From positions 5,226 to 69,225 of the forward strand of contig CAWKJS010000035.1 in NCBI GenBank assembly GCA_963850055.1: a DNA stretch of 64,000 bases, in the 5' to 3' direction. The translations under genes and the position numbers were made by a program. Below, in pieces: positions 63,576 through 64,000 of the stretch. The notes below the pieces were generated by a model. That model was not told where the DNA came from. It ran no database searches and was given only the letters and a program-made list of their open reading frames with translations. Source of the DNA: an uncultured Nitrososphaeraceae archaeon. Lineage in GTDB: Archaea; Thermoproteota; Nitrososphaeria; Nitrososphaerales; Nitrososphaeraceae. The first letter of the stretch is position 1; every line of letters starts with the position of its first letter.

Positions 63576-64000
63576 TTGAAAAATACATCTCAATTATTAT
63601 TGAAATCTCGAAAAAAATGGAATACGATGGGTACGTCTAGAATCCAGCCAGTAGAACAAACTTTAGAAAAAGTAAATTCCTTGATTCATAAAATTGGGAT
63701 TACAAGAATTGCAGATATTACAAATATGGATAGGCTTAAAATACCTAATTTTTCAGCCGTATTACCAGGAACTGAGGATTACATTTGGGTATATAGCGGG
63801 AAGGGTCCAACGAAAAACCATGCAAGGGCTAGTGTTATTATGGAAAGCATTGAAAGGTTTTCATCATTACCTGCAAATTTCGACGGAAAAATTCAAAGGG
63901 GCACTTTTAAAGAATTATCTCAAAGTTATACTGTTCTAAAATATGATGAAGTAGTGGAACCCGTTTCATTCCACCTAAATGAAGAAATGATAATGGACTA
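63576..64000 (+). CDS. YcaO-family protein (partial, runs off window)
   Basis: Manual translation GTSRIQPVEQTL..IGITRIADITNMDRLKIP..YSGKGPT..ARASVIMESIERF; absent from ORF track; start approximate. Confidence 0.88.
   Translation, partial: MKNTSQLLLKSRKKWNTMGTSRIQPVEQTLEKVNSLIHKIGITRIADITNMDRLKIPNFSAVLPGTEDYIWVYSGKGPTKNHARASVIMESIERFSSLPANFDGKIQRGTFKELSQSYTVLKYDEVVEPVSFHLNEEMIMD

Noticed and set aside
63694-63939. 81-aa plus-strand ORF
   Set aside because: Out-of-frame overlap within the YcaO gene

Overview
AT-rich archaeal chromosome segment. Gene content (CDC48, thermosome, proteasome beta, cofC/D/E, archaeal ProRS, DnaJ-ferredoxin fusion, frequent TTG starts) fits a soil-type ammonia-oxidising archaeon (Nitrososphaerales, probably Nitrosocosmicus-like; this is inference). 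Most of it is housekeeping. Features missed by the ORF track: a partial sulfurtransferase, a decayed IS6-like transposase, tRNA-Arg(CCT) with a D-loop intron, RNase P RNA, a dual-guide C/D box sRNA and a partial YcaO gene at the right edge. The best candidate for an undescribed system is 21.5-30.5 kb: a Na+/solute symporter, an atypical ureohydrolase coupled to an orphan urease-gamma-like gene, a His-tailed divergent chaperonin, a USP, an orphan ParB-like protein and a P-II. Its three divergent promoter regions share the palindrome CGTA-N3-TACG. A second candidate is YcaO divergent from a small NHLP-leader-like protein. At least five genes carry single-base frameshifts, most simply read as assembly errors. 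All family assignments are by motif recognition; no searches were run.
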